Source: Octopus sinensis (taxonomy: Eukaryota). Taken from it: a stretch of 54,575 nucleotides of DNA. This document shows, in pieces, positions 25,964-38,123 of the stretch. The position numbers were made by a program, and so were the translations under genes. Under the pieces are notes generated by a model, which was given only the letters and a program-made list of their open reading frames with translations, was not told where the DNA came from and ran no database searches. Location of the stretch: NCBI RefSeq assembly GCF_006345805.1, contig NW_021834265.1, positions 1 through 54,575 of the forward strand, read 5' to 3'. Numbering within the stretch: position 1 is the first letter of the stretch; each line of letters begins with the position of its first letter.

Positions 25964-26329
25964 TATATTGATAGATAGATAGATAGATACCGATCTAATT
26001 CCGAAACGCGTACATAGGTAATCAAATATCGATTGATTTTCGTCATTTTTCCTATCTGCCTGCGTGGATTGTTTTCAAGTACTTTTTTTTCCGGAAGTCC
26101 CTTTTTAAAGTAGAGGAAATAGCTAAGGTTTTTTGGTTGCTCTTTCTAAACTTCGGTATGTGGCAAAGCAAATCTTTGCTGAACCCTAATTATAAAGTAT
26201 ATATTATTATATAGTTATGGTATATCCTGTTAAGAAAGTACAGTATAAAATTCGTATACCTTCAGATTAACCCTGTGCCATTCAGTTGTAGTATTATACG
26301 TACTTCCAGGTTTGCGCTTGGACATCCGT

Positions 26330-26700
26330 AAAAAAAAACATCAAATACAAATGCACAATCACCACAAACACAAATACATACACCTAGGATCCTCCAAAAA
26401 CCAATTTAAAGTCCCTTGTCACAACCAAATTTCTTTATTCCGAAAATTAGCCCGGCTACATGCAACATCACTACCGGACCTAATATGGAGATTAAAAGAA
26501 GCAAAAATAAAATACGAAATAGAATGGTCTATAATAAAAAATGCCCATCCATATTATACCGCATACGGCGTATGTGACTTGTGCCTTGAGGAAGTTTTGT
26601 GCATCTTGTTAAGTTACGAAAACTTGATAAACAAGTATGCTAAGAAAATACTGAGATGTCTCCACCACGCCAAATATGCATTTTCTAGATTCAGCACTGT
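26330..26700 (+). pseudogene. PLE GIY-YIG endonuclease C-terminal fragment (family P2)
   Basis: KNIKYKCTI...LGSSKNQFKV..HNQ.S.FR...TSL..LIW.LKE.KI.YEI.WSII..A.PY.....CDLCLEE.LCIL....NLINK....L..C.H. Confidence 0.85.
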
Positions 26701-26949
26701 TTGATAATAATAATAATGATAATAATAATAATAATAATTCAGTGAGCTCTCTCTCCCTCTCCTCTTCACCTACCCGTGTGTGCGTGTATTTCTCCCTCTC
26801 TATATATATACGTATGTGTGCCTGTTCCGCGTGTCTACAATGCATGAATGCATGTACCTATGCATATATCTTATGTATGTACATATATTCATATATCTAT
26901 GTGAGTGCGCGTACATATCCGTATTTGTGTGCGTGTGTATATATCTATG

Positions 26950-27008
<59 letters not shown>

Positions 27009-27034
27009 ATATATATATAGATGCAGCACGAAAC

Positions 27035-27083
27035 TTTGTCAGTGACCAGTCGCGGTCTCAAAGCGACGAAAATATTTGACAAA
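27035..27083 (+). ncRNA. Minimal HHR motif, G3-C8 variant (family H3)
   Basis: TTTGTCA-GTGACCA-GTCGC ggtctcaaa GCGAC-GAAA-ATAT-T^TGACAAA; the tail matches the reverse complement of 12590-12665. Confidence 0.6.
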
Positions 27084-27253
27084 TAAAATTTAAATGTTGA
27101 AGCGAATCTACGGTTTTGTGTGTTTCATAAATGGCTATAAAAACATTCACGCTGCAATTGTTTACATATATATATATATATATATAGTATATCTATATAT
27201 ATATATTATATATATAATATATATATTATATTATATATATTATATCTATATAT

Positions 27254-27296
<43 letters not shown>

Positions 27297-28284
27297 GTAT
27301 ATAGAATAGAGGCACTCTGAAATTAAAAGAGCCGTTTAATATATATATTACATAATATATTCATTCGCATGAAAAGGATCCCGATTGCATGAAATGACAC
27401 ACAGTAGGATCGAACCGTATCTTTATAAATAAAGCAAACGTCAAAACTGCTCAGACACGCTTATTCGAGTTCATTATGTATGAATATATGCATATCTTTA
27501 TGCATATATAAATACATACACACGCAGTAGTTACCTATATACATACGTGAATACTAACGGGCTCTCCTGTTGTGGTCAGCAAATGAGTGTGCGGTAATTT
27601 TCTCGTTGAACAACTTGCAATGATGATTTGCTTATAGTGATCAAATATTTGAGCTGTACTCCATCCAGCAACATCATCATTGACGTCACTGTGTCACATG
27701 TCACTGTGCCATACGTCAATGTGCCACACGTCACTGTGCCACACGTCAGATGTTGGAGTGATTTCAGAGCAGCATGAAAAGAAGGACGTTGCACAAGAAA
27801 CAATGCACCGCTCGGTCTGCGAATCGAAACCACGGTATCCCAATCGTGAGTACAATATCCTAATCACAAGGCCACGTGCCACTATATATAAGCATACTAA
27901 TTTGTATTCACGAACACATAAATGCATGTATAACTACATTTATGCATGTATACATAAATACATCAATGTATTCATATATTTACGCATAAGTACATATTTG
28001 TATATATGCATACATACAGGTGCTTACGTACGTATGAACATACATACGATCAATCATGTATACAGTTTTGTATATAGTCGCACATATATTCATACATAAA
28101 TACATGCATACATACAGTCAGGAAAACCAATATACATACATATATTTATACATACATAAATACATATATGGATGCATACATAAATACGTACGTACGTACC
28201 TACCTACCTACATACCTACCTACATACATTCATACATACATACTTACCTACCTACCTACATATATACATACATACATACATCCC

Positions 28285-28316
<32 letters not shown>

Positions 28317-29489
28317 CATACATACATACATACTTACAAGAAGTGGCTGCTCTGTGATTTTAATTAATTTAACTGTGAAATATTTCAGTCTGAAAGATAA
28401 ACAGGAAAAATAAAATAAGAAGCAAAATTTAAAAGAAAATTAAATTAAATCAAATTAAAATTATAAAACGAAAATTTATTTTAAAAAGTAATAAACTATA
28501 AATATAACAAAGTAATAAATACATAAAAAATAATGAAATTTCACTTAATTAATACTTGATAAAAAAAATTAATCATTCTTCACGACTAAGTGAAAGTATT
28601 GACGGGTGTTGGTGGTAGTGACAGAGGTAGAGGTGGGCTGAGAAAGAAACTTAATCCGTGTTTGTAAGAGAAGGGGGTGAAATCAGGAGGAAATGATAGG
28701 GAGAAGTACCGTTTTGTAACATGAAACTGTCTACAGAGATTTACAAAACTATGTAGATAAGGTGTAAATATCTCAACCACACACACACACACTACAGAAG
28801 CATATTCACATATATATATATATATTTGAAAGATTAGTTATGAACTAGAAGCCATGTTCAAAAATAGGACTCAAGTCGGGGTTAGGATTTTGATAATAAC
28901 ATGTACTTCGTCGAATTTAAATGAAATTGATTCACTACATATGGCCATCTGTTTCGGTCTGTTCAGAGAATTGGTTACTACATCTATAAGGAAAATTAGT
29001 TTCTACCTTACTCCTCTTTATTCGTGTTTACTTGCCTTATTGTTGTCTCTAACTATAGTTCTCCATCCGTCGTTGTTGTACTCCTTTCTATTGGTAAATC
29101 TTGAGTTCGCTTCGAAGAATACCATGCAAAATTTCAGAGTACGTTCGAAGGACATAATAACGGAAGGAGTATTATATATCTTCAATTAGGTATTTTTCAC
29201 CATACCAAATTCCGACATGTGTTTCTGCTGCATTAGTGTCTTAGGGCCCTTACATATGATAGTTCTGTGAATCTAATCGATTTATATTAAATCATTTATA
29301 CCACAAATTCCGATCCAAAGATTGACATTCTTATACAGTTACATTCCTTTTACAGTTACGTGTGTAGACGACCCCTATACGGATGGGGAAGTGAATGCAT
29401 CAGATATTATAACGTGTTGAGGGCATATCAGAAAAGTGGGTGAAAGATAGTGGACATAGAAATGAAATATATGACCAGAGTTATCTACT

Positions 29490-29699
29490 CTTTACTCTCT
29501 CTTTTACTTGTTTCAGTCATTTGACTGCGGCCATGCTGGAGCACCGCCTTTAGTCAAGCAAATCGACCCCGGGACTTATTCTTTGTAAGCCCAGTACTTA
29601 TTCTATCGGTCTCTTTTGCCGAACCGCTAAGTGACAGGGACGTAAACACACCAGCATCGGTTGTCAAGCAATGCTAGGGGGACAAACACAGACACACAA

Positions 29700-29742
<43 letters not shown>

Positions 29743-29907
29743 CATATATACGACAGGCTTCTTTCAGTTTCTGTCTACCAAATCCACTCACTAGGCATTG
29801 GTCGGCCCGAGGCTATAGCAGAAGACACTTGCCCAAGATGCCGCACAGTGGAACTGAACCCGGAACCATGTGGTTGGTTAGCAAGCTACTTACCACACAG
29901 CCACTCC
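29490..29907 (-). mobile_element. SINE family B, full-length (tRNA head GGAGTGGCTGTGTGGTAAG, CORE-like CTTGGGCAAGTGTCTTCT, internal microsatellite)
   Basis: Pol III A/B-box-like head, CORE-like block; near-identical architecture to 51230-51666. Confidence 0.9.
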
Positions 29908-30662
29908 TCCTATTATAGCAATATTTACCTCCAACTGTCCTCAGTGGACACTAAAAAAGTCGAGTGATATAATGCTCTATATTGTAGAAGCAACTTATTT
30001 AGTTCAGAATGATTTATCTCGATGACCTTTCTTACTAAAAACAATGCAAAGTAAACAGAAAAAAGTAAGACCAGAAAGCAAAATACGGTATTGGAAAGAT
30101 TTAAAAGCAAAAAATACCAACAAAAAGGGAAGCTAATAGAGTTGCCATAGGGTAACAAGATATATCGTTAATAATAAAAGTATCAAAATATTAAGAATTT
30201 ATAATAATTGAATAAAAAAGCCTAACGGAATTATGAGTATTAGCAGAAAAATTATAATCAAAAGGCCACCTCAGTTGCTGAAAATGGAAATTAGTGCTCT
30301 TCTTAGTGGAAATTTTATTGAAGTTAGTTTTTGAATATTCCCCAAATTAATTCAATGTTCCTTTCATTAGTTACCGGCCAAACATCATTGCAATTTCGAT
30401 ACTTTCCAATACTATTGTTCAATTTAGCGGTGTCAGCAGCTTATGCAGTTGAGATATATACGAATGGACATGAAAGACGAGCACGAATAAGGAAATATGA
30501 GGTTAGAAAAAAAAAGAGACGAGGTTTTTAGACTGAATGGTTAAAAGGATGACTTATGAAAAGAAAGGGAAATGATATGTTGGAAAAAAGTAAAGGTAGT
30601 TACGAAAAAATAAGTATAAAATTAAATGTCACGGATAGTTGTATAGCTTGACAGCCATTCGG

Positions 30663-31273
30663 CAGGAGAAGTATCATAAAGAACGACTTTTAATCAGGCT
30701 GCCTACCTACTCCTCATTTCGAGCATTGAACGCCAATATGAGTCTTGAGCGCTACGCATCAATTTCCAAGTAAGTTTATCTTAATATTTTTGATGCGATT
30801 CTACCATTTACTGTTCCCTCCCACTATCGTTTTCTCTCTCATCCTTTCTCTAATTCCATTTTCCCCTTCACCGTTTTCTATTTGTCTCTCTCCCCCTCTT
30901 TCTCCTTTCTTCTCTCTCTCGTTGCTCACACGTGACCATCGTCCCTCTTTGCTTTCAGGGCTGACCTAGAGGCTGGGCGTATCTATATACTTCTCTCTTC
31001 TAAGTCAAAGAAAATATTTCACCAGCGTTTGCTATCTTACCCTCGTTCGGGTTTAACGATCTTCCGTGTTTCTTTTCGTTCGGTTTTCTTATACATCCCC
31101 ACTGTCCTGTTTTTGTTCCCAACTTTGACCCTCCATAAGTCCCAAATATTATTTTGGTATTTGTGGGAGCAACTGCCTTTTCGAAGACTCATATGGTCGT
31201 TCAATGCTCGAAATGAGGAGTAGATACGCAGCCGACAACTGATGAAGGGTTATTCTTTATGTTACTTCTCCTG
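30663..31273. mobile_element. Unclassified element with ~85-bp inverted arms (30663-30746 and 31184-31273)
   Basis: caggagaagtatcataaagaa...ctactcctcatttcgagcattgaacg..atatgagtctt versus aagactcatat..cgttcaatgctcgaaatgaggagtag...ttctttatgttacttctcctg. Confidence 0.75.
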
Positions 31274-31367
31274 TTTTCCATCGCTTCTCTCGATTTGCGT
31301 ATTCAACTTTATTTTCATATTTCATGTTGTTTCCTGCTTGTGACGTCCTATACCCATAAATGCATAC

Positions 31368-31466
<99 letters not shown>

Positions 31467-31502
31467 GAAAGAATGGAGTCGAACGAAGATGTTAACAAAA
31501 TT

Positions 31503-31594
31503 CCTTACTCTCGACATATGTTTCGAAGACAACATGGTTTCATTCCAAAGGAATAAAGGGTGCATTATGCAATCTTCTCATCAGGAAAGAAAGG
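31503..31594 (-). ncRNA. HHR motif, canonical core (family H4), left-arm copy
   Basis: CCTTTCTTTC-CTGATGA-GAAGA..TCTTC-GAAA-CATATGT-C^GAGAGTAAGG; perfect palindromic helix III ACATATGT. Confidence 0.75.
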
Positions 31595-31712
31595 GAGCCT
31601 CTCTCGACAACAAGACAAACAAACATTTCGATGACTGCCTACATGGTAAACAAAACGATACCATGTAGGCAGTCATCGAAATTTTTGTTTGTCTTGTTGT
31701 CGAGAGAGGGTC

Positions 31713-31805
31713 CCTTTCTTTCCTGATGAGAAGATTGCATAATGCACCCCTTATTCCTTTGGAATGAAACCATGTTGTCTTCGAAACACATGTCGAGAGT
31801 AAAGG
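31713..31805 (+). ncRNA. HHR motif, canonical core and GUC cleavage triplet (family H4), right-arm copy
   Basis: CCTTTCTTTC-CTGATGA-GAAGA[43 nt]TCTTC-GAAA-CACATGT-C^GAGAGTAAAGG; 10-bp helix I with one bulge; predicted cleavage after 31794. Confidence 0.78.
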
Positions 31806-31841
31806 AATTTTGTTAACATCTTCGTTCGACTCCATTCTTTC

Positions 31842-31884
<43 letters not shown>

Positions 31885-32319
31885 TCAGTATATGTATATA
31901 TGCATATGAAGGACATACATATATATATATATATTGCTCATATTGCTAAGCCCTTATTAATAACATTTTGTGATATATACATATGTGTGTGTATGTATGT
32001 ACTCACACACGCATACGCAAACACATAGGCACACACGCATATATACTATATATAAATACAAATTTAACTCTCATGTAAAAGAAATATTCCATGATTAAAA
32101 GATTTATAAAAAACTCAATAAGGCTATTGTGATAGTCAGAGAAATGCTGTATTAATTTCTTCTCGCTTAAATGACGCTGGGATGTAACACGAAAATTTAA
32201 GCTGGTGAATATATCAATTACTTGACAAATTAAGATATAGACACTCTCTCAAACATGCACCCGTATTATAAATTAGTTTCTTCTAAATATTTCGAATGTA
32301 GATAACGAAAGTAAATCTT

Positions 32320-33010
32320 AGTTTTAAACTTTAGAAAAGTTTTGTATATTTTTACTGTTCCACTTACAGGTTGCATTTGTATTGTGCTTGTTAATTTTGA
32401 ATACCCTAACTTATCGAGATTGTCACTTAAGCATATTCTCACCAAACCAAGAGCACGAATTATTAGTGATATACATGTGAATTTATTAACTGGATACAAA
32501 AGCTGGAGGTTTCGAAGTATGTCCATAGTTATTCTGCTTTCTCTTTGAAAATCGTAGATATTAACCAATGTAGGACAGTTGACCTCTATTGCGGTCCCAA
32601 ACTACAATATCCAGGCTCTTATGTTTATATTGTACGAGAAAGATCTATGTATGTATAAGTGTGTATTGTATGTATGCATATATGTGTCTGTATTTTACAC
32701 ACACACACATATATATATAAAATAGAGTGATCGTTAAGTGTGATGCATAGATGGCTATTTTAATTCAATACACAATAGTATATACCAGAATTTTATTCAG
32801 TCGTACATCAGTGGATGTCTCATTTACCTTTTCCTCTATCAGAGATTCCAAATTCATTTCCAGACAGCAATATCCCACTTGTTATACTTACACTTGACAG
32901 ATATTTTGAATGGAATATCCCACCAGTATGCATTGCTTTGATATCGCATATATCCAATAACAGTGGGATTCTCAATATTCAATATAAGGATAGTCTGTGG
33001 TTTTTTTTTT
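32320..33010 (-). pseudogene. R4/Dong-like RLE non-LTR element, 3' end fragment (copy 1), interrupted by a microsatellite
   Basis: YWWDIPFKISVKCKYNK.DI.VW and ILRNLQLLYP.NKF...IIRALG....L..NL.KLG....GTVKI.KTFLKF. Confidence 0.75.
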
Positions 33011-33049
33011 CGAATGGCAATATATATATATATATATATATATAATAAT

Positions 33050-33770
33050 TACAGGTATAAACCTGAACTTGTAATCTGGATAGAGTGACTGAGGATTTCT
33101 CAATAGTTCAGCCTAGGTGTTCCGTTCTCAGTGATCTTCAGATTTATGTTGACATCTGTTGGGCAGCTAATTTCCACAACTGTGCACAGTTACTCTTCTA
33201 AATCTCAAATCATTATATCAGGTCTGTTGTGCTTACATTTTATTGAGGTCTTCACTGGTCCATTCCACCAGTATTCCTCTTTATTTTGAGTAAGTATGGC
33301 TTTTGCCATATTGTGGGTTCTTATTTCTTTATCCTCGGGATTGTCCTTCCGACGGATTTCATTATAGAGTGTCCTAGTTACAATATCATCTCTCATCGGA
33401 AGATATTGCCCTGATGACATTTTCGGACAACTGCTTATGTTGTAGTTGATATCGGTTGTCACATTTTACTGCTTTTCATGCATCTCTATCCCTGTTGTGC
33501 ACCAAGTACTTTGTTAATATTTCCTGTTCCTGAATTGCAAACGCATACTCTTCAAAGCAGGAAGTAGTAATCCGCCGATTGGTCCATGATAAACTGCTTT
33601 GATGATCGATGTTACTATCATCACAGAATTTTCTATTAACATATCCATGCATAGTATTCTTCTCATATAGGCTCATCCTTTCATCTGATGATACGTTGCG
33701 GTAGAGTCGTGCGACTTCTTTGTGCATATATTCTGGGTTATCATACAAAGACTGTTGCTCAAGGAGCTGC
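33050..33770 (-). pseudogene. R4/Dong-like RLE non-LTR element, C-terminal fragment (copy 2)
   Basis: FEEYAFAIQEQEILTKYL, ISSCPKM...YLPMR.D.V, YWWN..VKTSIKCKHNRPDIMIW, VVEISCP.DVNI, ELLRN.Q.LYPDYKFRFIPVI (PD-(D/E)xK endonuclease). Confidence 0.85.
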
Positions 33771-33839
33771 CTTCCAAATATGTATGCATATATGTATAGA
33801 CAGACAGACAGGCAGACAGACAGACAGACAGACAGACAA

Positions 33840-33889
<50 letters not shown>

Positions 33890-34469
33890 GTAGATATAGT
33901 GAAGGCGTATGGATTAGTGATCGGTAATTCGTGGGTTCGATTCCTTGACCTCATGGTCGCAGGGCGAGGAATGTTGGCCTGCTCACCTAGCTAGAAGGGT
34001 GGCGTCATTGTAATGCCAAATTAATGCAAAGTGCATTGTGACCAGCGATGTGTAACAGCATCTTATAGTCTGATCGGTCTCGTGATCACGTGTTATATAA
34101 ATATATAAAATATTTATACATATATATACATATATATATATCTGTTAATTTATATATGTGTATATATACCAATACAGTCAGGTATGTGTGTGTGTGTGTG
34201 TATGCGTGTGCGATACATACCAGCATGAATGTATGTATGTATGTATGAGCATATATATGTATATATGCGTAAATGTATGTATACAAGTATCAAGAATGAT
34301 CAAACGATGAAGGGAAGGTGGAGAGTAAGGAAACATGGGAGATATATGAGAATTAAATATTATGTTTTCGTGAGAGAATAGTTAAAATGGAGGAGGTGAA
34401 TGATTTGTAATGAGACGAAACTTCATCAAGTGGCAAAATCGTGCAGAAAAGCTTATTGCAATTTGAACA

Positions 34470-34605
34470 TTCATACATACATACATTCGTTTCATACATA
34501 CATACATACATTCGTTTCATACATACATACATACATACATACATACATACATACATACATTCGTTTCATACATATATACATACATACATTCGTTTCATAC
34601 ATACA

Positions 34606-34636
<31 letters not shown>

Positions 34637-34747
34637 GCTTCATACATACATACATACATACATACATACATTCGTTTCATACATACATACATACATACAT
34701 ACAAACATACATACAAACATACATACATACATACATACATACATACA

Positions 34748-34778
<31 letters not shown>

Positions 34779-35008
34779 GCTTCATACATACATACATACA
34801 TACATACATACATACATTCGTTTCATACATATATACATACATACATTCGTTTCATACATACATACATACATACATATGCTTTGATGCATACATACATACA
34901 TACATACATTCGTTTCATACATACATACGTTTCATACATATATACATACATACATACATACATACATACATACGTTTCATACATACATACATACATACAT
35001 TCGTTTCA

Positions 35009-35039
<31 letters not shown>

Positions 35040-35358
35040 GCTTCATACATACATACATACATACATTCGTTTCATGCATACATACATACATACATTCGTT
35101 TCATACATACATACATACATACATACATACATACATTCGTTTCATGCATACATACATACATACATACATTCGTTTCATGCATACATACATACATTCGTTT
35201 CATACATACATACATACATACATACATACATACAAACATACATACATACATACATACGTTTCATACATACATACATACATACGTTTCATACATACATACA
35301 TACATACATTCGTTTCATACATACATACATACATACATACATTCGTTTCATGCATACA

Positions 35359-35389
<31 letters not shown>

Positions 35390-35655
35390 GCTTCATACAT
35401 ACATACATACATACATTCGTTTCATGCATACATACATACATACATTCGTTTCATACATACATACATACATACATACATACATACATTCGTTTCATGCATA
35501 CATACATACATACATACATACATTCGTTTCATGCATACATACATACATTCGTTTCATACATACATACATACATACATACATACGCTTCATACATACATAC
35601 ATACATACATACATACATACATACATACATACATACATACATACGTTTCATACTT
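34470..35655. repeat. ~1.2-kb patterned (CATA)n array with recurrent TTCGTTTCAT, ATGCTTCAT and TTCATGCAT interruptions
   Basis: Direct reading. Confidence 0.97.
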
Positions 35656-35659
35656 ATAT

Positions 35660-35875
35660 ACAGAAATACTTACAAACCTACAGTTAGGTCTTTTCTTGCA
35701 ATCTTCAAGAACAAGTGATTGCTACTAAATACCTAATAAATAAAAGAGGCAGTGATGCCCTTGGAACTCCATCACACAAACGAAAATGTAGACTATGCCA
35801 TATTTCTGTGGAAGACATCACACGTGATTAGCAGCTGCTCAAAACTGTCATTAAGATGCTACCTGTCTATACGAC
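35660..35875 (+). pseudogene. R4/Dong-like fragment with CCHC zinc knuckle
   Basis: QEQVIATKYLINKR...KCRLCHISVEDI / HVISSCSKLSLRCYL.IR (one frameshift). Confidence 0.75.
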
Positions 35876-36076
35876 CAAGTCGCAAAAACTATATATTATA
35901 TACATATATACATATATATATAATATATATATATATATATAATATTATATATATATATATAATTATATATATATAAGTTAATCCAAACAAGAAAGCACAA
36001 AAAAAAACACAACAACGCGAGGGCGTGGAACAAGTATAGTATTATTGGACGCTCAGTAAAGAAGGAAAGAAGGAGG

Positions 36077-36111
36077 GTTTAGCTTTTCGAGCGGAGCTCT
36101 TCGTCGGAAAC
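36077..36111 (-). ncRNA. Degenerate HHR-like motif, CCGACGA (U4C) core (family H5)
   Basis: GTTT-CCGACGA-A-GAGC tcc GCTC-GAAA-AGC-T^AAAC; helix III broken; the tail is homologous to 7680-7742. Confidence 0.4.
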
Positions 36112-36367
36112 ATAGGAGAAGGAAAGATCCTGAGAAGGGAAGACAGAGGAAAAAAAATTCGCCAACGGTACACACGAGGTCACATTATACATATGTATAT
36201 GTGTATGTGTGTGTGTATCTCTCTCTCTATATATATGTTTGTATGTATGTATGTATATATATATATATAACGGGAAGCTTTATGAAAATAAACAAAAGAC
36301 GAAGGCAGGTGGAAAACAAACGAACAATTGTATTAGTATGGCGCTCAGGAAATATAAATAAAACAAG

Positions 36368-36405
36368 TCTTTAACGTTTCGAGCCTACGCTCTTCAACAG
36401 AAAGA
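36368..36405 (-). ncRNA. Minimal HHR-like motif (family H2)
   Basis: TCTTT-CTGTTGA-A-GAGC gtag GCTC-GAAA-CGT-T^AAAGA. Confidence 0.55.
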
Positions 36406-36584
36406 TACACAGAGAGAGAAAAACACAGAAAGAAGGAGAGAAAAAAAATGCGTGCAGTAGCTAACGAATCAACATGGCGATCTGATTTCGGCCAGAGGTC
36501 AAAGATCAAACATGAGACGCGAGAGCGAAATAAGGGAGATAATAGGGTTGATAAAATGGTTGAGGGACCAGCTAAAATGCGTGG

Positions 36585-36900
36585 AGGGGTCTGGATGTGT
36601 GTATGTATAGGGTTGGTGTATGTATTAGTATGTATAAGGTGTGTGTGTGTGGTGTGTATGAGAGAGTATTAGTGCGTAAGATTGGTCTGGACGTGCGTAT
36701 GTATGGGGTTGATGTATGTATTAGTATGTATTAGTATGTATTAGTACGTATTGGTATGTATAGGTGTGTGTGTGTGTGTGAGAGAGAGTATAAGTGCGTA
36801 TGCGGGGTCTAGACGTGTGTATGTATAGGGTTGGTGTAAGTATTAGTATGTACTAGTATGTATTAGTACGTATTAGTATGTATTAGTTGATGTGTGTGTG
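36585..36900. repeat. About three diverged tandem copies of a ~100-120-bp unit (ggtctRgaYgtg..gtatgtatRgggttg..gtattagtatg)
   Basis: Direct reading. Confidence 0.8.
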
Positions 36901-37419
36901 TGTGTGTGTGTGTGTCAAAGTATATAGAATCAAGTAATCCGATAGAAATCTTAAAAGAAGCTCCTAAATGTATCATTCTACAAACCATATAGAATATATA
37001 GTAAATATACAATCTGAAATTCTGCATTATTGTATTTTGCATTAATTATAATAGGTTAGCTTAGTTAGAGGTTATATTAACCGTCTAAGGGATAGAAGTC
37101 TCTATTAAATACTGGTATATTACCTATGTTTTACCAGGGGCATAGATATGCCATCATATTATACTCATAAATGAAAGGTAAAGACAAAGATAAACGCGGG
37201 TTTATAAAAATTTTAATGAAGCTAAAATTTAAAAAAAACAGAAAATGGAGAAATATTATATAAATTATTTGCATGTGTATTATGAAACAATTTCTCGTAA
37301 AAGTAGGCGTTTTCTTATCGTTAAATAAAAGTTCTACATATTTCTCTGTCATATTAACCAACAGCCACCCAATCACCGCCCCAACATATACATAATATAA
37401 ATACATAAATATATATATG

Positions 37420-37454
<35 letters not shown>

Positions 37455-37470
37455 ACGTATATTATATGCG

Positions 37471-37504
<34 letters not shown>

Positions 37505-37576
37505 GGTCCCGGGTTGATCCGGGGTTAACCACAGTAAGTAAGGTACTCAATACATAGCAGAGTAAAATTAATTTAT

Positions 37577-37668
37577 TATATAGAAGGAGCTTCTACAGGA
37601 CTAGTACTGTTTCATTCAAGAGCTCTTGAATGAAACAGTACTAGTCCTGTAGAAGCTCCTTCTATATA
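37577..37668. repeat. Perfect 92-bp palindrome with no spacer
   Basis: 46/46 base pairs checked outward from the centre 37622/37623 (…ttcaagag|ctcttgaa…). Confidence 0.98.
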
Positions 37669-38052
37669 TAAATTTAAAAAAAATATATATATATATATAT
37701 ATATACACATACATATATATATGTGGTTTTGTATGTGTATGTGTGCGTATATTATATGCGTGTGTATATATATATATATATATACACATCCATATATATA
37801 TGGGGTTTCGTATGAATATATATATATGTATGTATGTATGTATATATGAATGTGTAAATCTTTATGTGACTCTAATTTCTACTCAACTTACAGCATTCTG
37901 TTTATGACTACATATAGCGACACATACATATGTTTATTTACGTATGTGAAAGCGCAACAATATAGCTACACATACACACACACACACACACTCACACACA
38001 CACATATGTGTGCATGGATGAATGTGTGCGTATATATATATATATATATATT

Positions 38053-38083
<31 letters not shown>

Positions 38084-38123
38084 CTATGGATATATGTATA
38101 AGTGTATATGCATACATACATGT

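Larger units (their letters stand above)
31463..31845. repeat. 383-bp fold-back: 186/187-bp inverted arms, 10-nt loop, flanked by (TA)n
   Basis: Arms 31463-31648 and 31659-31845 are reverse complements with about 5 differences. Confidence 0.97.

Noticed and set aside
26003-26013. GAAACGCGTA half-hammerhead upstream of P2
   Set aside because: The CUGANGA half is replaced by microsatellite, so no complete fold can be built.
28850-29200. Possible hAT transposase remnant on the minus strand
   Set aside because: Only vague similarity across broken frames; cannot be supported without a search.
34400-35728. 442-aa and overlapping long ORFs (HTYI repeats)
   Set aside because: Translation of a (CATA)n array; stop-free by composition, with no protein signal.
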